From NCBI RefSeq assembly GCF_009914755.1, contig NC_060944.1: a stretch of DNA of 64,000 nt, one strand, 5' to 3'. Position 1 is the first letter of the stretch. Every line of letters starts with the position of its first letter. Positions 51,290 to 63,955 of the stretch are shown one piece after another. The translations under genes and the position numbers were made by a program. Source of the stretch: the human T2T-CHM13v2.0 reference genome, Homo sapiens. A model generated the notes under the pieces. The model was not told where the DNA came from and made no database searches. It saw nothing but the letters and a program-made list of their open reading frames with translations.

Positions 51290-51600
51290 GGTTTTCAATT
51301 AGCGTGGAGGAACCAGGGTTTATCGCTCTTCTCCGTCACTCCATTTATATTTAATGCATTTATTGCCCACATTCTATATCAGGAACAACTGCCTAGAGGC
51401 TGCCCATCCCCAGGGAGCAGGGTTTTATTTTCCTTTCCTCGCAATCGATCAGAGATTAAGTTGCTGTGTAGCTTTTTATTGGAGACACACATTTGCTGTG
51501 TTTAACAGGAAACCAGAGAAGGAAGCTCAGCGTGGGCCATAAATGATTTTGCTTCCATTGATCAAAGAAAAGACTGCCCACATCAGTCATCATCACCCAA
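51290..51600. promoter_or_regulatory. Candidate enhancer with CDX/posterior-HOX and TCF motifs
   Basis: TTTATTGC, TTTTATTGG, GGCCATAAA and GATCAAAG within a non-repetitive AT-rich island. Confidence 0.45.
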
Positions 51601-52329
51601 TGCACTCTCTGAGGGCACCCTATATATGCTCAGGCACACACATGCACACGGGCACACACTATCCAAGAGGAGAGAGAGCCTTGAGATGGACTCAATGGCT
51701 CCTGGACACTACCCTCGGCTCCCCCACAGCCTCCTAGTGGCTTCACCAGGGGTGGACATCCAGACTTTGTCACAGCTGAAAGCCCCACCTGGCCTGTGAG
51801 GGAGCATCTGCAGCCCCGGACAGCTGCCCTGAAGTTGGCCCTGTGCAGAATGGTAGACCCTTTGGACCCACATTGGTCCATGGAATGGCAGAAGCCTGTT
51901 GTCCTTCCGCTGGCTGGGGCCTGAGCATCAAAGTCATCTTTGCTTCAGAATCAAGGAACCTGGGAGGGCTGAAAGCCAACCCTCCATCCCACCATGCTGA
52001 TGGCGGCCACGGCTCCCCAGTGACTCAGGTTTGGGGATCCTGGTTGGTGATAATGAAGTGAGCAGCACAGGATGCCCTGCCAGGGCCAGGGGTCTATGCC
52101 CCCATGTCCCCTACCCCTGAGCAGGTGAGCTGGTACCGAGACAGGCAGCAGGTGCACTCCCAAGTCTTTGAGACGCTGCTGGCAGGAAGTGTTCCCTTCC
52201 GGATCTGTCCTCTCACGCACATGAGTGCGCACACACACACACAGGCACTTGCCATGGCACAGAGACATGTTCCACCAGAAGCCTGTGGACTACTCGCTTG
52301 GGCTTTAGGGGAGGAAAAGGGAAAAGGGA

Positions 52330-52540
52330 GGAATTGCTAGGCAACCAGCCAGGGGTTGCTATGGCATTTTCAAGAGAGCGGCTGGGCCAATCAAGGCTGA
52401 CTGCAGGCAGGCGGAGGCGGGAGCCACCATGTCACAGCAGCTCAGACAGAGGGGAGCACACTGCTGCACAGGCCTGGGGAGGGCTGGCGCCTCATGAATA
52501 TGCATCAGGCTGATTGAGGCAAAGTCAATTAACGACTTGA
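52330..52540. promoter_or_regulatory. Candidate promoter or enhancer: two RFX X-boxes, CCAAT box, GC box
   Basis: ATTGCTAGGCAAC (52333), GTTGCTATGGCAT (52355), CCAATCA (52387), GGCGGAGGCGGG (about 52410). Confidence 0.45.
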
Positions 52541-55500
52541 CGGCTTGATTTCCCCTGGATTCTACTCTTCTCCTTTAACCATTTGGCTGACACAGGGCAG
52601 GCTCCCCGCCTTCCTGCTGGCCCCGGAGTTTTCTAACAGGTCCAATTTGCTTTCCTAATCCTGACCTGGCCCAGGGGTCCTGGCATTGCTTGGTGCTGTT
52701 TCTACTGAAATCTTCTGCCACCTATGCAGGCAGCCAGGTCGCTGGTCCCACAGTGGGTCCCTTGGTGCCCTGGCAAGGCCTGAATTCCTACCTGGGACCA
52801 GGCACAGTGCAGCAGCTCCTGCAGGAGATGGTCCAGTTACCCCCCTTGGACAGTTACCAACTAGCGACCACAGGCCTGGCCGACACACATCTGGGCAATG
52901 ACCTCACAACCCCTGGGAGCATCTAGGCACAACCAGTTTTGTGGGTGGCGGTTGGAGAAAGCTGGGGGCCAGCCCAGGGCAGGATCTCCTTCCTGGGCTC
53001 TGCAGCAGTTTCTCATCTACTGCAGTGGGGTTCTGGCCAGAGCAGTCAGAAAGCATGAAGGAGGCACTGCTCGCTTCCTCCACGTGACTCCTGGGGTGCA
53101 AGCTGGGGCAGGGACCCCGGCTCTGCCAGAACCCCCAGGGGGCTAGCAGGGTCTTTGCTGGATTATATTTCTCCTTCATTTCATTGTTCTCCCCAGTGAA
53201 TTCTGGGGATTCTGAGAATTCCATTTTGCCCTGAATCATACGCAGCTCTTTTGACAGCTTCAGAAGTGGACGTCCTGTTGTGTGCAGCGGGGAGAATGTC
53301 AACCCTATGATTAACGCCCCACATGGTGGTGGGAAGAGGCTGGGATGCCTCAAGTCCCAGGCCCAGAGGATGGTGGGCCTCACAAAACTTGGGTGCAGGG
53401 TGTTGCAGAGGTCCGTGCAAGAAGGGACCCCGAAGCTGGAAGCTAACCGCCACTGGCTTCTCAGGAAGTCCCCTTGACCAGAACCCGGTCCCAGACAGAT
53501 GAATCAGTAGCCAAAGAGGGCCACAAACTCTGGGTGCTGGCCCCGTGCCTGGCTCTGGGGGCAGAGACACACGGGCCCTTAGGGCTGAGAACTCAGGTGG
53601 AGGGGTCTGGGGTGGGAGGGTTAGTGGCAAGGAATGCACGGGAAGAACACAGTCAGCGGCCATGGACCTGGATCCTGTTCACGCACCTCAGGCCCACACG
53701 GTGGGCAGGACGGGTTAGAGCCGCCACCTGGGTCCAATCGGCCGGGTGGGGGCAGCCCAGGAAGGTGTTCCCAGGAGCAGACCCCAGGTTCCCTGTTGCA
53801 GCCGATCCCGTGGCCCGCAGGCTGCCTAATCTCCCTGCTGCAGCTCCCATTTGCTTGGCCTGCAGAAGGTTTTCAACCATAGCCGAGCAAGGTCCTTAGG
53901 CACCTTCAAGGCTGAGACATTCGCCCCTGATCCACTGACTGTGGGCTCTCGGGAGAGCGGCCACACCCCTCTCACCATCAACAGTCACCTGGGCCTGGCC
54001 CTCATGGGAGACAGACTCGGCCAGCACCTCCCACTGCCCCCTAGTTGGGAGGAACCCCACTCTCACCTGGGGCTCCCGTCTGCAAGCTCCAGGTGGTAGG
54101 ACCGACCTGGGTCACTCTCGAACCCCACACTCAGCTTGTGGCCCCCACACATGCTCACCCACCCATCGCCGCAACCGTTTAAAGAGCAAGGGCCCACACC
54201 GCACACTCAGAGCAGAGGCGGCCTTCCGAAGAGAGGGCGGGCACACATGGAAGCCACTCTCTTCAGCACTGAACTGAAAGACCCGGGCTGCCCTGAGCTT
54301 GGGATGCGGGAGGCACCTGGACAAGCAGGGAGGGCAGAGCCACTCACAGAGCTCAGGGCCAAGCTCATGGCCAGGGACAACTTCTCTGGGTCCTGCTGCC
54401 CCGAATCCTCCATTAGGCCTACAATGGACAAGGGAGGCATCACCCTTGAACCCAGCTTTTGAGAGAGCCCCACTCAAGGAAGGATGAGAGCGAGCACCTC
54501 CTGTCCCTCCCCGGCCCCAAAGCCCTCGAGCTGCCCCTTCTGCCCAACACCTGTGGTGCCCCTGCACTCAGTAGGTGCTTCATGTATGCTCCATGGACAG
54601 GGAAGTGAACACCTGGGCATCCGCACAAGGAGGTGGCACGCACTTATATTGGGATGAGGGACGTGTACTTCCACCAGAGGCCGGGGCTGCCCATCGGCCA
54701 GCATTTCCCAAAGTGTATCCTGGGTCGCACCTCGAAGTTGCTCTGAAGAAAGACCAGGGCCTCCTCCTGGAAGCCGGTGGCTCCTGGGTCTTCACTGCTA
54801 TTGTTCCCTCCACATGGGAGGGTGGGGGCTGCCACCATGTCATGCACAGGGTGCACCCTCAGACAGCATGCACCCCAGGGCACACGGCAAACGGCAGAGC
54901 TGGCCTCCACCAGGGCTGTGCGGGGCTGCACTAGATCCAGCTTTCCGGGGCTCCAGGGGGTTCCTCACCAGCTCCTCTGAACACGCTACAGGCCCAGTTG
55001 ACTGTCACTTTCACTGTTAGGGAGCATGAGGCGTTAGAATCAATCCTGTGACACCACTGTGTTGTCAGGAACGGGCCGTGCCAAGGGGCACCACTAGGTC
55101 AGGCCTCAAGGTCTCAGCTCCAGGATGCCTCACCCAGAGCAAGACCCAGGCTGTCTGCAGGACAAAGACGTCGGAAGGAAGAAGAGGGAGAAGCCAGGAA
55201 GGTGGAGGTCTCTGAGAAGATGTGGTGACACCAGGGCCCAAGGGCTCCCCAGCTTATGGTGGAGGGCACTGCCTGTCTTGGTGTCCATGAAACTTTGGAT
55301 GAGGAACAGCAGGAGGACAGGACCCAGGCAGGAGCTTCCAGCTCAGGGAACGACACGCCAGGTGGAAAGAACGGAGCCCCGGACGCCGAGGACGGGAACA
55401 GGATCACGGGCACCTGGATGCACCAGGAGGGCGAGAGAATCAGGAGGGGAAAGGAGGAAGAAGGCCTTCAGTTCAGGAGGAGAAGGGCCTTGCAATGCAG

Positions 55501-56027
55501 AGACCTCGCAGACGCGCCGTCGGCCTGTGGCCAAGGTCAACACAAATGTGCACGGCCTGGGCTGTGGCATGGAGGCCTTCATCTCTCTGCTCTTCTCCCA
55601 GAGACAAATTCGCTACAGGACATCCAACAGGGCACCCGGCCACTCCCCTGGAGGCCCAGGTCACCATGCACAGGGCCGGTGAGACCACGGGGACAGCCTC
55701 CCGGTCTTTCCTGCAGGGGAAGACTGGGAATCGGCTGCTCCTGCAGCCCCAGTCTCATCATCTGTGAAACAAAGACAAGGAAACCCGTTTTATAGCCACA
55801 GCTCAGTCTTTGACTAAGTCACATCCTCATTGCTCCTGTTTCCACAGAGCAGACACCGACGTCCAGACATCCAGACTGGCTGCCACCAGCTCACTGGAAT
55901 GGCCAGCCCGTCCCGCCGAGGCCAGTGGACATGCCAAATCCCTCCCGCAACAAGTTGCTATCCATCCCCTCGACTAATACTTACCAAATTAATTCCAGAT
56001 TTGGAGTCACTCACGGTTCCCACCAGC

Positions 56028-58903
56028 ACTCAGCCCCATCTCAGCCCCCATCTCAGCCCCCACCGCAGCCTCACCTCAGTGCCCACCTCAGCCCCCTCCT
56101 CAGCCCCCACCTCAGCCCCCACCTCCGCCCCCTCCTCAGCCCCTCCTCCGCCCCCACCTCAGCCCCCACCTCTGCCCCTCCTCAGCCCCCACCTCAGCCC
56201 CCTCCTCAGCCCCCACCTCCGCCCCCACCTCCGCCCCCACCTCTGCCCCTCCTCAGCCCCCACCTCAGCCCCCTCCTCAGCCCCCACCTCCGCCCCCTCC
56301 TCAGCCCCCACCTCTGCCCCTCCTCAGCCCCCACCTCAGCCCCCTCCTCAGCCCCCACCTCCGCCCCCACCTCCGCCCCCACCTCCGCCCCTCCTCCGCC
56401 CCCACCTCAGCCCCCACCTCCGCCCCCTCCTCAGCCCCCACCTCTGCCCCTCCTCAGCCCCCACCTCAGCCCCCACCTCAGCCCCCACCTCCCCCCTCCT
56501 CAGCCCCCACCTCAGCCCCCACCTCAGCCCCCTCCTCAGCCCCCACCTCAGCCCCCACCTCCGCCCCTCCTCAGCCCCCACCTCCGCCCCCACCTCAGCC
56601 CCCACCTCAGCCCCCACCTCCGCCCCCACCTCAGCCCCCACCTCCGCCCCCACCTCAGCCCCCACCTCCGCCCCCACCTCAGCCCCCACCTCTGCCCCTC
56701 CTCAGCCCCCACCTCCGCCCCCTCCTCAGCCCCCACCTCTGCCCCTCCTCAGCCCCCACCTCAGCCCCCACCTCAGCCCCCACCTCCCCCCTCCTCAGCC
56801 CCCACCTCAGCCCCCACCTCAGCCCCCTCCTCAGCCCCCACCTCAGCCCCCACCTCAGCCCCCACCTCCGCCCCTCCTCAGCCCCCACCTCAGCCCCCAC
56901 CTCCGCCCCTCCTCAGCCCCCACCTCAGCCCCCTCCTCAGCCCCCACCTCCGCCCCCACCTCCGCCCCCACCTCTGCCCCTCCTCAGCCCCCACCTCAGC
57001 CCCCTCCTCAGCCCCCACCTCCGCCCCCACCTCCGCCCCCACCTCCGCCCCTCCTCCGCCCCCACCTCAGCCCCCACCTCCGCCCCCTCCTCAGCCCCCA
57101 CCTCTGCCCCTCCTCAGCCCCCACCTCAGCCCCCACCTCAGCCCCCACCTCCCCCCTCCTCAGCCCCCACCTCAGCCCCCACCTCAGCCCCCTCCTCAGC
57201 CCCCACCTCAGCCCCCACCTCCGCCCCTCCTCAGCCCCCACCTCCGCCCCCACCTCAGCCCCCACCTCAGCCCCCACCTCCGCCCCCACCTCAGCCCCCA
57301 CCTCCGCCCCCACCTCAGCCCCCACCTCCGCCCCCACCTCAGCCCCCACCTCTGCCCCTCCTCAGCCCCCACCTCCGCCCCCTCCTCAGCCCCCACCTCT
57401 GCCCCTCCTCAGCCCCCACCTCAGCCCCCACCTCAGCCCCCACCTCCCCCCTCCTCAGCCCCCACCTCAGCCCCCACCTCAGCCCCCTCCTCAGCCCCCA
57501 CCTCAGCCCCCACCTCAGCCCCCACCTCCGCCCCTCCTCAGCCCCCACCTCAGCCCCCACCTCCGCCCCTCCTCCGCCCCCACCTCAGCCCCCTCCTCAG
57601 CCCCCACCTCTGCCCCTCCTCAGCCCCCACCTCAGCCCCCACCTCCGCCCCCACCTCAGCCCCCACCTCAGCCCCCACCTCCCCCCTCCTCCGCCCCCAC
57701 CTCAGCCCCCACCTCAGCCCCCACCTCAGCCCCCACCTCCCCCCTCCTCCGCCCCCACCTCAGCCCCCACCTCAGCCCCCACCTCCGCCCCCACCTCAGC
57801 CCCCACCTCCCCCCTCCTCAGCCCCCACCTCAGCCCCCACCTCCGCCCCCACCTCAGCCCCCACCTCAGCCCCCACCTCAGCCCCCACCTCCGCCCCTCC
57901 TCAGCCCCCACCTCCGCCCCCACCTCAGCCCCCACCTCAGCCCCCACCTCCGCCCCCACCTCAGCCCCCACCTCCGCCCCCACCTCAGCCCCCACCTCCG
58001 CCCCCACCTCAGCCCCCACCTCCGCCCCCACCTCCGCCCCCACCTCCGCCCCCACCTCAGCCCCCACCTCAGCCCCCACCTCCGCCCCCACCTCAGCCCC
58101 CACCTCAGCCCCCACCTCAGCCCCCACCTCCGCCCCTCCTCAGCCCCCACCTCAGCCCCTCCTCAGCCCCCACCTCAGCCCCCACCTCAGCCCCCACCTC
58201 AGCCCCTCCTCAGCCCCCACCTCAGCCCCCTCCTCAGCCCCCTCCTCAGCCCCCACCTCAGCCCCCACCTCCGCCCCCACCTCCGCCCCCACCTCAGCCC
58301 CCACCTCCCCCCCTCCTCAGCCCCCACCTCCGCCCCCACCTCCGCCCCCACCTCAGCCCCCACCTCCCCCCCACCTCCGCCCCCACCTCCGCCCCCACCT
58401 CAGCCCCCACCTCAGCCCCCACCTCCGCCCCTCCTCAGCCCCCACCTCAGCCCCTCCTCAGCCCCCACCTCAGCCCCCACCTCAGCCCCCACCTCAGCCC
58501 CCACCTCCGCCCCTCCTCAGCCCCCACCTCAGCCCCTCCTCAGCCCCCACCTCAGCCCCCACCTCAGCCCCCACCTCCGCCCCCACCTCAGCCCCACCTC
58601 AGCCCCTCCTCAGCCCCCACCTCAGCCCCCTCAGCCCCCACCTCAGCCCCCACCTCCGCCCCCACCTCCGCCCCCACCTCCGCCCCTCCTCAGCCCCCAC
58701 CTCAGCCCCCACCTCAGCCCCTCCTCAGCCCCCACCTCCACCCCCACCTCCGTCCCCACCTCCGCCCCCTCCTCAGCCCCCTCCTCAGCCCCCACCTCAG
58801 CCCCCACCTCCGCCCCCACCTCAGCCCCTCCTCAGCCCCCACCTCTGCCCCCACCTCAGACCCTCCTCAGCCCCTCCTCAGCCCCTCCTCATCCCCTCCT
58901 CAG
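56028..58903. repeat. C-rich 11-12 bp VNTR, about 240 units, with a 660 bp higher-order duplication
   Basis: Unit CTCAGCCCCCAC with variants (CTCCG, CTCTG, CCCTC); 56281-56940 is repeated at 56941-57600 with about 3 differences. Confidence 0.99.
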
Positions 58904-59694
58904 CAGCTGCTGGAATGGGCTACCCTCAGGAGTTGGCACCCCACAGCCTCCTTCCCTTCCCACCTCCGCCACACCCTGACGAGGGAAAAATGGGGAGCTG
59001 CTGGGAGGGAACTTGCACCCTGTTGGGCGCCTTGTATCCCCAGCCTCCTCTCACACCACAGGCTGCTGGGGCCCCGTCAGCGGAGCACGGCTGCAGCGAA
59101 TGTTGAAACCACCAGTTCCCATTCCTAGCAGGGCTGAAAGAAGGAGGACACCTGGAACCTGCTTTCTTGCTGCTGCCCTTGGGGGTGGCCCACTCTGGCA
59201 GCTGCAGCCTCGAACCTGGCTCACTGAGGGGTGTGTGGGGGAACTGGGGGGTCCCTGGGGTCGGTCCTAGGAGGAAAAGGTGGCAGTTGTCCATGCTTTC
59301 TGGGGACGCCCAGGGAAACTCCGCCCTGTGGAGACCGGAGCTTGGCTCAGCCCCTCCCTCCTGCCCTACCTCTGTCCTTTCCAGCCAGTGGCAACAAAGC
59401 CCAGGTGTGAGGCACCCCTGGCAGGCGTCTGGGCCTGGCTCTGAGGGGCCAGCGGGCATGGGAGGGGCTGGCAGGGCGGCCCTTGTGTTCTCTGCTTTGG
59501 AAGGAGATAGAACAGTGGTGCCAGCCCACCCGCAGATACGGCGGCACGCAGAGGCCTCATCTGCCCCTTCTGAGGCAAAGCCTCTGGAGGAGCCCCACAC
59601 CGGGCCCCCCAGGCAGCAGCACCTCCTGGTCCTATCATGTGAGACACACAGCCCGAGAGGACGCCTGAGGTCCGGCGGGGACAGCAGGAAGCAT

Positions 59695-59830
59695 TCAGGG
59701 AAGGCGCTCCCCAAGATGGACCATGGTGAGGCTCCCGCCCCGGGTCCTCAGGTGCAGCTGGCTCAGGGAAGGCGCTCCCCAAGATGGACCATGGCGAGGC
59801 TCCCGCCCCAGGTCCTCAGGTGCAGCTGGC
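59695..59830. repeat. 68 bp two-copy tandem duplication
   Basis: tcagggaaggcgctccccaagatggaccatggYgaggctcccgccccRggtcctcaggtgcagctggc at 59695 and 59763. Confidence 0.95.
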
Positions 59831-62800
59831 ACCCTCATTTCCTGGGATGTGAGACCCACGCCCTGGATGACGTCCCTCTGTCCTCTTCACGGTGGCTCCT
59901 GCCCTGTGAGACCCCAGAATCTTCCAGAGAGACTCCACAGCCTGCAGCGAGCCTGTTTGCTGAGCTCCTGGGGCAGGACAGCCAGACCCCGACCACCCTG
60001 ATGGTACCACTGCAGCTTTGCGAATGGCATGTCCCCTCCAAAACCTGCTGCCCAGAGGGGAGGAGAAGGGATGCAAGGCAGGTTCCAGGTGCTTCTGTTT
60101 TGAATTAAACCAAATTATGAACAAAACAGCCCCATAGGAAGGGCCTTGGGATGGCACCAGCCACCACCCAGGCCTCGGCAGGCCCCAGCCAGGGACCCGG
60201 GGACCCCACGTGCCAGCCCTGGGGCAGTAGCATGGCACAGACACAGCAGTGAGCGCCTCCGTGGCTGCCCCACCCAGCCTGGAGCTTGGCGCCCTGCAGG
60301 CATGGTTCCAGGTCCCTCTTCAGAGCTGGGAATGATAAGCAGACTGCTGGGACCCCATCCTCACCCACACCTGCGTGGCGGGACTGCTGGCTGCCTTGAT
60401 CTACCCCTACAGGGGCTGATATCCTGTGGCACCCCAAGCCCCCCGATGACCCTCAGCCAGCCAGCACACAGGAGAGTCCCCAAGGCTCGGTGTAGGGGCC
60501 CTGCAGGCAGTGGTGAGATGCAGGGTCTGCGTTTCCCAGGCCGGGCAGTGAAAAGCCAGGAGCAAAGGCACCCCTCACCATGTGGCACCTCCTGCCCCTG
60601 CTGGCAGAGCCCACAGATCCCAGGCACAGGATGGGGAGGGCAGTGTGGCTCCCTCCCAGGCCTCAGGGAGTACAGGGACATCTGGGCAGAGGGTGGGCAG
60701 GATTTCAGGCATCCTACCCCCTGCTAAGGGAGGCCCCCGGAAATCAGGAATTGGGGCCTAGGGAGCTGAGCAAGCCTGGTCCATTCTCTAGAAGTTTCTC
60801 CTCCTGCAGGGCTGGAAAGATAGGTTGCTCTTCTGGTCTGTTCTCTGTAAATGCTCCCCCACCATCCCTGGGTGGGGTTTCCTCTTCCCAAAGCCTGCAG
60901 GGCCTGAAGGGTGAGCCCCTCACTTGGTCTCTGCAGCCTCCATCGTCAACCCTCAGGGCTCCTGTCCTCCTCTCCCTGCACCCTCCCTCAGCATTAGGTG
61001 GGGGTTCCTGTAAAGCTCTGGGGTCAGGGTCTGGCCCTCAAGATCCCTGTGAATTTGGCGACTGCATCACTCTTACCACTGCCACCTTCCCTGTTCTGCT
61101 CAGGGCCAGGTTGCTCCACTCTGCCCTAGTCTCCTGGGGCAGCTCTGAGCTTCTGCACAGTCACCTTCGGAATGCAGGCACCTCCCAGTCCCCGGATCTC
61201 CCAGCACTGTTTCACCCCTCGTTGGGTGGAGCTCAGGAAGGGCCTAAGCTCTCCCCATCCCTGCCTCTCGCCCCACCCCTGCCTGGCATCCTCAACAGCC
61301 TCACTGGTCCCCCACCAGAAGGCTCTTCCCTTCCATCAACCTGCACAGAGACTGTTGCTGGCGGGGGAACCAGGGTGAAGGTGCCTCTCTGGGCTCCCAG
61401 AGTTTCTTGCCCTGGTCTGAGGGGCAGGAATTCCTGCCATTGATGCCTTCCCTCCCAGTAAAGACAACTGGCAAAGAAACAGATGGTGCCCTTGAGCTGA
61501 GGATTGCAGGAGGGTTTAACAAGTGACACGGGCAGTTGTGGGGAAACCCAGGGACAGAACGGCATCCTGGGGCTGGAGAGGTTGAGGCTGCCACCCCTCC
61601 AGACCAGAGGGATGTGGTGAGTAGTCCTGCAAGGGGCTTGGGGGCTGACACTCCCTCCCCTCCTTTCCCTCACATCCTCCCCTCCCTCAGCCAAAGCCAG
61701 AGGCTCAGAGCCCATGGTGCAGCACAGGTGGCCACCAGAGCCAAGGGGAGGAGGGGATCTCTGTGCACTGGCTGGGATGCAGCACATCTTCACAGTCAGT
61801 CATTCACACATTAGTGAGAATTTGTGTCTAAGCCACTTCCAAGGGAAGATATAGGGAGAAAGAAGGCTTGGAAAGACAGTGGGAAACAGAGCTGCACAAA
61901 GTGGTCCTGGGGATGGCCAAGGGATGAGACCATGGTGCACCTCCAAGGGCCCAGTCCATCCTTTGCCTCTGCTCCTCCCCAGCAGACACATTCAGCTGCC
62001 TCTCCTGAGAATGCAGGCCCACACTCCCTTGTCCAGCCTGAGAAGCCCCCAGTGACAAGGAGAGTGCCCCAGATAGCCCCAGGGTCAGCCCACCCCAATC
62101 TGATGCCAACTCCAGGCACAACTCCCATCAGGCGAGCGTGGGAGGAAAATAGCAGATTTTCAAAAGTCACAAATTAGAGCATGAAATCCAATGCTTGACA
62201 TAAGCCTTCTGTGCAGAAACCGTGAGGCCCTCCAGAAGCATGGAAGCCCCTGTGGCGACTGAGCCCCTTTCCTGACAGAAGATCTCCCTTCTATCCACTC
62301 TTTCGTTTAAGTAACTGTGTTTTAAAGACAGCTTTCTATTTCCGCTATTAGTGGAAAATCACTATCACTTGCCCTAAATAAACAATACCCTAAATGAACA
62401 CAACTGCACTTAAACAGGCTCACCTGCCCCTACCCACGTCGCACAGCCACTGAAGGCTCTGAGCCCAGCGCCTGCCCTCATTGTCAAAACAAGGACATTC
62501 TGGAGTGTCTGAGACTCGAAGACAAACCAGCACTAACAGGTCCTTTCTCTGCACCCTACAGGTGCGCCATCCTTAGCCCCCACCCCAGGATACCGCCCTG
62601 TTAGGTCCACCCTGCCTGCTTTCCCAGAGCTGCCCCAGGCAGAGGGCCAGCCCCAGGCAGGCAGCTGGGCACAAGGAGCAGGCTGTGTGTCCTTCCCTGC
62701 AGCAAGACCCAGGACAGCACAGAGACCCATGCCTCTCTGCGACCCGGGGAAATCCCAGGGCTCTCATGCCCCCTCCCTGGAGGTTCTGCACTGGTCAGAC

Positions 62801-63284
62801 AGGAGGGGTGCATTCTGCCTGGTGGGCTGCTGTTCTGCTCAGCCCCAGGAATCCCTCCCATTTCTTAAGCCCATCCTTCCTTGGGCTTGTCCTCTCCTCC
62901 CCTGCCCCTAGATGCCTGGCCCCAGTTACACAGGGAGGTAGGCGGCCCTAGGGCAATGGCCTGGGGTGGACGCTCCAGTTTCTTCCCAGCATGGCACACT
63001 CCTGTGGCATTTGACTTAGCGGTGGAGGGGGCATCCCCCAAGAGTGAGGTAAGAGAATACCCATGTCCCTAAAAGCAGACAGCAGCCTGAGAAGTCCCTT
63101 TGATGGCCCTCCTTTCTTGCTGGAGTCATTCCTGAGAGGTAAATGGAAAGAGATGGAGATGAGCAAGAGGAAGTTGAGGAGGAAGATGGTGCAGCGATGA
63201 GAGAGAACCAAGAAAAGGCGAGATGGCAACACATAGACCTATGGGAGAGACATTCAGAGATGAGGAGAATCATAGAGGCCAGAA

Positions 63285-63955
63285 GGAGAGATGCAGAGAC
63301 AGGGGAGACACAGAGACCGGGGAGAGACAGAGACAGAGACCAGGGAAGAGACAGCGACCAGGGGAGAGACAGAGACCAGGGAAGAGACAGTGACCAGGGG
63401 AGAGACAGAGACCAGGGGAGAGACAGAGACCGGGGAGAGACACAGAGACCAAGGGAGAGACACAGAGACCAAAGAGAGAGACAGAGACCAGGGGAAAGAC
63501 ACAGAGACAGGGGGAGACAGAGACCAGGGGAGAGACACAGAGACCAGGAAAGAGACAGAGACGGGGGGAGACACAGAGACTGGGAGGACAGAGACCAGGG
63601 AGAGAGACACAGAGACACAGGAGAGACACAGAGACATGGGAGAGACTCAGAGACAGGAGAGAGAAAGAGACGAGGGGAGAGACACAGAAACCAGGGGAGA
63701 CACAGAGACAGGGGAGAGACAGAGACCGGGGAGAGACAGAGACCAGGGGAGAGACAGTGACCAGGGGAGAGACACAGAGACCAGGGGAGAGACACAGAAA
63801 CCGGGGGGGGCACAGAGACTGGGGGGGACACAGAGACCAGGGGGAGAGACACAGAGACACGGGAGAGACACAGAGACTGGCAAAAACACAGAGACCAGGG
63901 GAGAGACTCAGAGACAGGAAAGAGACAGAGACCAGGGGAGAGACACAGAGACCCA
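63285..63955. repeat. GA-rich minisatellite with units of about 18-22 bp
   Basis: GAGACACAGAGACCAGGGGA variants. Confidence 0.95.

Noticed and set aside
55125-55795. Acidic, protein-like ORF (ETLDEEQQEDRTQ...)
   Set aside because: No recognisable homology; two frames are open; the purine-rich strand bias fits a decayed LINE (possibly antisense L2).
56028-58903. Immunoglobulin switch region or telomere-like array
   Set aside because: Lacks the AGCT/GAGCT pentamers and TTAGGG, and there are no constant-region exons in the window.
55830-59128. 1049 aa and 1067 aa proline-rich ORFs as real mucin- or extensin-like genes
   Set aside because: The repeat strand lacks stop codons by composition; there is no signal peptide or domain, and two frames are equally open.
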